Below the pieces are notes generated by a model. The model was not told where the DNA came from. It worked only from the letters and a program-made list of their open reading frames with translations, and searched no databases. From Candidatus Anoxymicrobiaceae bacterium (GTDB lineage: Bacteria; Actinomycetota; Geothermincolia; Fen-727; Anoxymicrobiaceae): a stretch of 47,577 bases of DNA. Within the stretch, counting starts at the first letter, position 1, and every line of letters starts with the position of its first letter. Shown one piece after another: positions 44,099 to 47,577 of this stretch. Location of the stretch: contig DATCGY010000151.1 of the NCBI GenBank assembly GCA_036508635.1, forward strand, positions 1 through 47,577, in the 5' to 3' direction. Position numbers and translations under genes: made by a program.

Positions 44099-44126
44099 AG
44101 GGTGGCATTTTGCCACTCTTTTTTTT
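44099..44126 (+). terminator. Attenuator terminator in the infC leader (L20-leader-like arrangement)
   Basis: The sequence agggtggca-ttt-tgccactct forms a 9-bp stem with one G-U pair, followed by T8. It sits between the candidate promoter and the infC RBS, and no plus-strand gene lies upstream. Confidence 0.6.
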
Positions 44127-44158
44127 CAAGGACTTGCGCGGCATAAGGAGGGGTTGCC

Positions 44159-44704
44159 ATAACCGGAAAGCTTAGGGTCAACGAGACGATTCGGTGTCCG
44201 CAGGTGAGGCTTATCGACGCGACGGGTGAGCAGCTGGGCATAAAACCGATTGAGGAAGCTCAGAGGATCGCTCTCGAACAGGACCTAGACCTGGTTGAAG
44301 TCGCGCCTCAGGCGAGTCCGCCTGTGTGCAAGATAATGGACTATAGCAAGTTCTGCTACGAGCAGGAGCAAAAGCAGAAGGCCGCTCGAAAAAAGCAGAG
44401 CATAATTGTGGTCAAAGAGATGAAGATGCGCCCCAAGATCGACATCCATGACTACGACACCAAGAAGAAACACGTGGTGAGGTTTCTGCAGCAGGGGAAC
44501 AAGGTCAAAGTGACGATCATGTTCCGAGGCCGTGAGATGACACATACGGAGCTCGGCTTGAATCTCCTGAATAAGCTGGCTGAAGAGCTCGCGGAGATGG
44601 CGACGGTTGAGGCCAGGCCCAGGCTCGATGGGCGCAACATGACAATGGTTCTTGCACCCATAGTGGCCGTGGAACCCAAAGCCGAGTCTACAAAGGAGCC
44701 GTGA
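44159..44704 (+). CDS. infC: Translation initiation factor IF-3, with a non-canonical ATA start
   Basis: The conserved N-terminus [25 protein letters not shown] lies upstream of the first GTG. An in-frame TAA at 44144 limits the ORF. ATA 44159 lies 7 nt after AAGGAGG. Confidence 0.85.
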   Translation: MTGKLRVNETIRCPQVRLIDATGEQLGIKPIEEAQRIALEQDLDLVEVAPQASPPVCKIMDYSKFCYEQEQKQKAARKKQSIIVVKEMKMRPKIDIHDYDTKKKHVVRFLQQGNKVKVTIMFRGREMTHTELGLNLLNKLAEELAEMATVEARPRLDGRNMTMVLAPIVAVEPKAESTKEP

Positions 44705-44708
44705 TCAA

Positions 44709-44915
44709 ATGCCGAAGATGAAGACCCACCGGGGCGCCGCAAAGCGCTTCCGTGTTACGGGCAAAGGAAAGATCATCCGAAAAAAAGCCTACAACAGCCA
44801 CCTTTTCGCATCGAAGAACGCTAAGCGCCTTCGCAGCCTCGAGAAAGAAGTGCAGGTAGCTCCCTCGGACGACGGCAACGTCCGCAAGATGCTCGGGATC
44901 AAGAATAGCAAGTAA
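44709..44915 (+). CDS. rpmI: 50S ribosomal protein L35
   Basis: The sequence begins [22 protein letters not shown]. Confidence 0.95.
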   Translation: MPKMKTHRGAAKRFRVTGKGKIIRKKAYNSHLFASKNAKRLRSLEKEVQVAPSDDGNVRKMLGIKNSK

Positions 44916-44974
44916 GAGCGGCACGCCCCGGGAGGGCGTTCGCTTTATTGTTTCAGGTAGAGGGGTTGGTAACT

Positions 44975-45454
44975 ATGCCAAGGGCCAAGAACAGTGTCGC
45001 AACCAGGCAGCGCAGAAAAAAAGTGCTCAAGATGGCCAAAGGTTATCGTGGGCCCAAGAGCGATTGCTACAGGCCGGCGAACGAACAGGTCCTTCATTCG
45101 CTTCAGTATTCATACAGGGACAGGCGCGCTAGGAAATCCGACTTCCGCAGGCTCTGGATCAGCCGGATAAACGCTGCTGCGCGCGAGCACGGGATGTCTT
45201 ACAGCAGATTTATCAACGGGCTCAAGAACGCCGGTGTCGAGGTTGACCGCAAGATACTTGCCGAGCTCGCGGTGCACGATCCCGAGGCGTTTGCGCAGCT
45301 GGTCGAGGTTGCCGCGGCGAACAGCGAAGAGAAGCCGCAGGCCGCAGAAAATACAGTTCTGGCCAAAGGATCGACAGACAAAGCAGCTTCCGGGAAGCTC
45401 GAGGCCGGGGACGCTGAGACCGCTCGGACAAAGGCGGACGAAGCCACGGGATAA
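44975..45454 (+). CDS. rplT: 50S ribosomal protein L20, with a ~40-aa C-terminal low-complexity extension
   Basis: The sequence begins [26 protein letters not shown]. The start is moved to ATG 44975. Confidence 0.93.
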   Translation: MPRAKNSVATRQRRKKVLKMAKGYRGPKSDCYRPANEQVLHSLQYSYRDRRARKSDFRRLWISRINAAAREHGMSYSRFINGLKNAGVEVDRKILAELAVHDPEAFAQLVEVAAANSEEKPQAAENTVLAKGSTDKAASGKLEAGDAETARTKADEATG

Positions 45455-45481
45455 CGCTGACCAACCACGGACGCCAAAAAA

Positions 45482-46291
45482 ATGCTCGCTCCCATAACCA
45501 GCCGTAATCACGATGTAGTCAAGCGTTTGCGGAAGCTCGGGCGAAGGACCTACCGAGACCGTGGGCGTGTTTTCGTTGTTGAAGGTCTTAACCTGCTTCA
45601 GGAATCGATAGATTCGGGCGCGCGGCTTCGCGAACTTGCCTACGTGGATTCCAGGGCCGAGGAGGTCGAGTACCTCAGAAGCTACTTGTCAGAATCTGTG
45701 CCCGCTCACGAGATAAGCTCCGAGTTGATGGCATGGGTGTCAGATGTCGTGACGTCGCAGGGTGTCATTGGGGTTGTCGACCAGGTGGACGTCGAATACT
45801 CTGACTTACCCCTCGAAGACGCTTCCATTCTGATGGTGGCAGACCAGGTCCGCGACCCGGGAAACCTGGGCTCTTTGTTGAGGTTGGCGGATGCAGCCGG
45901 CGTCGACGCGTTTCTCATGACCGAGGGATGTGTCGACCCCTATAATCCCAAGGTCGTGAGGTCCGCAGCAGGCGCCCATTTCCACGTGGTGATGACGAGG
46001 GACATCGAGTTGGCACGGTTAAAGGCCGATGCTGTCGACAGGTTCCGCCTGATGGGGCTTGATCCCCGGGGGGCGGAGAGCTACCTGGGTGTAGACATGA
46101 TAGCGCCAGTCGCCCTGGTGGTGGGCAACGAGGCTTTCGGCATAGTCGAGGAGGACAGAGAACTCTTGGACAGTACCATTTACATAGAGATGCCGGGAAA
46201 GGCCGAGTCGCTGAACGTAGCCTCCGCGGCGGCCGTCGTGCTATTCGAGGCGCTGCGCCAGCGGCAGGCCGCCGGTGCGGGGGTGAGTTAG
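45482..46291 (+). CDS. TrmH/SpoU-family rRNA 2'-O-methyltransferase
   Basis: The motifs are DPGNLGSLLRLADAAG, LVVGNEAFGI and ESLNVASAAAVVLFE. The position after rplT is the same as in Mycobacterium (tsnR-like). Confidence 0.88.
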   Translation: MLAPITSRNHDVVKRLRKLGRRTYRDRGRVFVVEGLNLLQESIDSGARLRELAYVDSRAEEVEYLRSYLSESVPAHEISSELMAWVSDVVTSQGVIGVVDQVDVEYSDLPLEDASILMVADQVRDPGNLGSLLRLADAAGVDAFLMTEGCVDPYNPKVVRSAAGAHFHVVMTRDIELARLKADAVDRFRLMGLDPRGAESYLGVDMIAPVALVVGNEAFGIVEEDRELLDSTIYIEMPGKAESLNVASAAAVVLFEALRQRQAAGAGVS

Positions 46292-47380
46292 TTGAGTGAC
46301 CGGGCAAGGCTCGATGAGCTTACCGCTGAACGCCCCCGGATGGCCGGCCTGTTAGACGAAGCCCTGGCGGAGATAGAGGCGTGCCCCACCGTCTCTGACC
46401 TAGAGGACTCTCGAGTGAGGTTGCTTGGCAAGAAGGGGACCGTGACGTCCATCTTCAAAGGCCTGGCTACCCTGCCGCCCGAGGAGAAGCGGGTCGTCGG
46501 CCAGATCGGTAACCTGATGCGCGGCGTTGTCGAGGAGAGGTTGGACACCAAGTCGAAAGCGCTGGCCGAGATCGAGTCCGCGATGCTGTTGCGCAGCAGG
46601 GCGGTCGACGTCACGCTTCCCGGAAGGCAAGGCACACTTGGGCACAAACACCTGCTCGCTCAGGTCGCCGAAGAGATGACGTCAATATTCCTGAGCCTTG
46701 GATACCAGATCGTCACGGGGCCGGAGGTCGAGCTCGATTACTACAACTTCGAGGCCTTGAATACTCCGGCACATCACCCCGCACGCTCCCTCCAGGACAC
46801 TCTTTACGTCAGGCGAAAAGACCCCCTCAGCGAGGATCGCGATGATATATTGCTGCGGACGCACACGTCCCCGGTCCAGGTCCGGGTGATGGAGAGTCGG
46901 CGGCCTCCGCTTTACGTGATCAGCCCCGGCAAGGCATACAGAAAAGACGAGATAGATGCGTCGCACTCGGCTATGTTCCACCAGGTGGAAGGATTTGCGG
47001 TGGACCGTAACATAACGATGGGACACCTGAAGGGAACGCTCGAGGTTTTTGTCAAGAAGCTGTTCGGCGCCGAGCGGCTGGTGCGGTTCCGCCCTCATTT
47101 CTTCCCATTCACGGAACCTAGCGCTGAGGTCGATGTCTCCTGCCACCTATGTGGTGGAAAGAAAGCAGGGTGCAGCCTGTGCAAAGGCTCGGGCTGGCTC
47201 GAGATACTGGGGTGCGGCATGATAGATCCCAATGTATTCGGCTATGTAGGGTACGACCCGGAAGAGTTCAGCGGGTTCGCGTTCGGGATAGGAATCGAGC
47301 GCGTTGCGATTTTGAAATACGGGATCGATGACATAAGGGTATTGTTCGAGAATGATATGCGCTTCCTGCGCCAGTTCTGA
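46292..47380 (+). CDS. pheS: Phenylalanine--tRNA ligase alpha subunit
   Basis: The motifs are HPARSLQDTLY, LRTHTSPVQVR, FRPHFFPFTEPSAEVDV and GFAFGIGIERVAILKYGI. Confidence 0.96.
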   Translation: MSDRARLDELTAERPRMAGLLDEALAEIEACPTVSDLEDSRVRLLGKKGTVTSIFKGLATLPPEEKRVVGQIGNLMRGVVEERLDTKSKALAEIESAMLLRSRAVDVTLPGRQGTLGHKHLLAQVAEEMTSIFLSLGYQIVTGPEVELDYYNFEALNTPAHHPARSLQDTLYVRRKDPLSEDRDDILLRTHTSPVQVRVMESRRPPLYVISPGKAYRKDEIDASHSAMFHQVEGFAVDRNITMGHLKGTLEVFVKKLFGAERLVRFRPHFFPFTEPSAEVDVSCHLCGGKKAGCSLCKGSGWLEILGCGMIDPNVFGYVGYDPEEFSGFAFGIGIERVAILKYGIDDIRVLFENDMRFLRQF

Positions 47381-47426
47381 GGCTTTATGAGAGGCGGGCG
47401 CCCGGTGCCCGCTGCGGGAGACCGGT

Positions 47427-47577
47427 TTGAAAGTATCGATTGAGTGGCTATCCGAATACGTAAATATCGAGCAGTCGGCCGATGAGGTTGCCGACCTGCT
47501 CTCGCTTTCAGGCACCGAGGTGGACAGGGTTACCAGGCTTGGCTCCGGCGTTACCGGAGTCGTCGTCGCTAGGGTGA
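47427..47577 (+). CDS. pheT: Phenylalanine--tRNA ligase beta subunit, N-terminal 50 codons (runs off the window)
   Basis: The TTG start lies 6 nt after GGGAG. The sequence is MKVSIEWLSEYVNIEQSADEVADLLSLSGTEVDRV. It is not in the track because it is open-ended and under 60 aa. Confidence 0.8.
   Translation, partial: MKVSIEWLSEYVNIEQSADEVADLLSLSGTEVDRVTRLGSGVTGVVVARV

Noticed and set aside
47120-47190. A Cys-rich insertion in PheS (CHLCGGKKAGCSLCKGSGW).
   Set aside because: This CxxC...CxxC knuckle occurs at the same position in many Gram-positive PheS proteins. It is not unusual.
1-47577. A search for a glycyl-radical activating enzyme, mobile elements, CRISPR repeats, tRNA/rRNA genes, toxin-antitoxin pairs and known defence genes.
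   Set aside because: No ORF has a CxxxCxxC radical-SAM motif. I recognised no transposase or integrase motifs, no short regularly spaced repeats and no tRNA T-loop/acceptor patterns.

Overview
GC-rich chromosomal window that is mostly housekeeping. I found no rRNA, tRNA, CRISPR array, transposase or integrase. The lineage looks Actinomycetota-like: there is an actinobacterial-type GlnR, and the gene order metK / def-fmt-rsmB ... rpe-ribD and infC-rpmI-rplT-trmH-pheS-pheT matches Mycobacterium. It also carries anaerobe-type genes (a glycyl-radical enzyme, an Hdr-like CCG protein and an archaeal-type split glutamate synthase). Contents, left to right: (1) a 5'-truncated M23 cell-wall peptidase built from four exactly phased 303-nt repeats; (2) an orphan glycyl-radical enzyme with an N-terminal SCP2-like domain, flanked by a direct repeat; (3) a GT-C membrane glycosyltransferase, a DUF1622 protein and MgtC; (4) pfkB, a decayed PknB/PASTA kinase remnant and a macro-domain protein; (5) an Fe-S protein, an FmdB zinc ribbon and an untracked 50-aa Lys-rich protein with its own promoter; (6) an envelope locus with two more GT-C enzymes, a zinc-ribbon membrane protein, a metallophosphoesterase and a lipoprotein; (7) metK-def-fmt-rsmB; (8) a nitrogen-assimilation block (glnR, GlnR box, glnA, an HdrB-HdrC-like fusion and a three-gene split GltB without gltD) sitting between rsmB and rpe; (9) rpe, two paralogous lipoproteins, and a complete FMN riboswitch with ribD-ribE-ribBA-ribH; (10) a cyclic-dinucleotide module made of a GAF/HD-GYP phosphodiesterase, a sensor kinase and a REC-GGDEF protein. 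That GGDEF domain has Ser at the guanine-specificity position, a GGDDF motif and no I-site, which resembles a Hypr (cGAMP-type) cyclase; (11) an attenuator-type leader, infC with an ATA start, then rpmI, rplT, trmH-family, pheS and the start of pheT. The most interesting candidates are the Hypr-like GGDEF/HD-GYP module, the Hdr-like partner of the split glutamate synthase, and the SCP2-fused orphan glycyl-radical enzyme with its flanking repeat. All calls rest on motif recognition by eye; no database search was possible.
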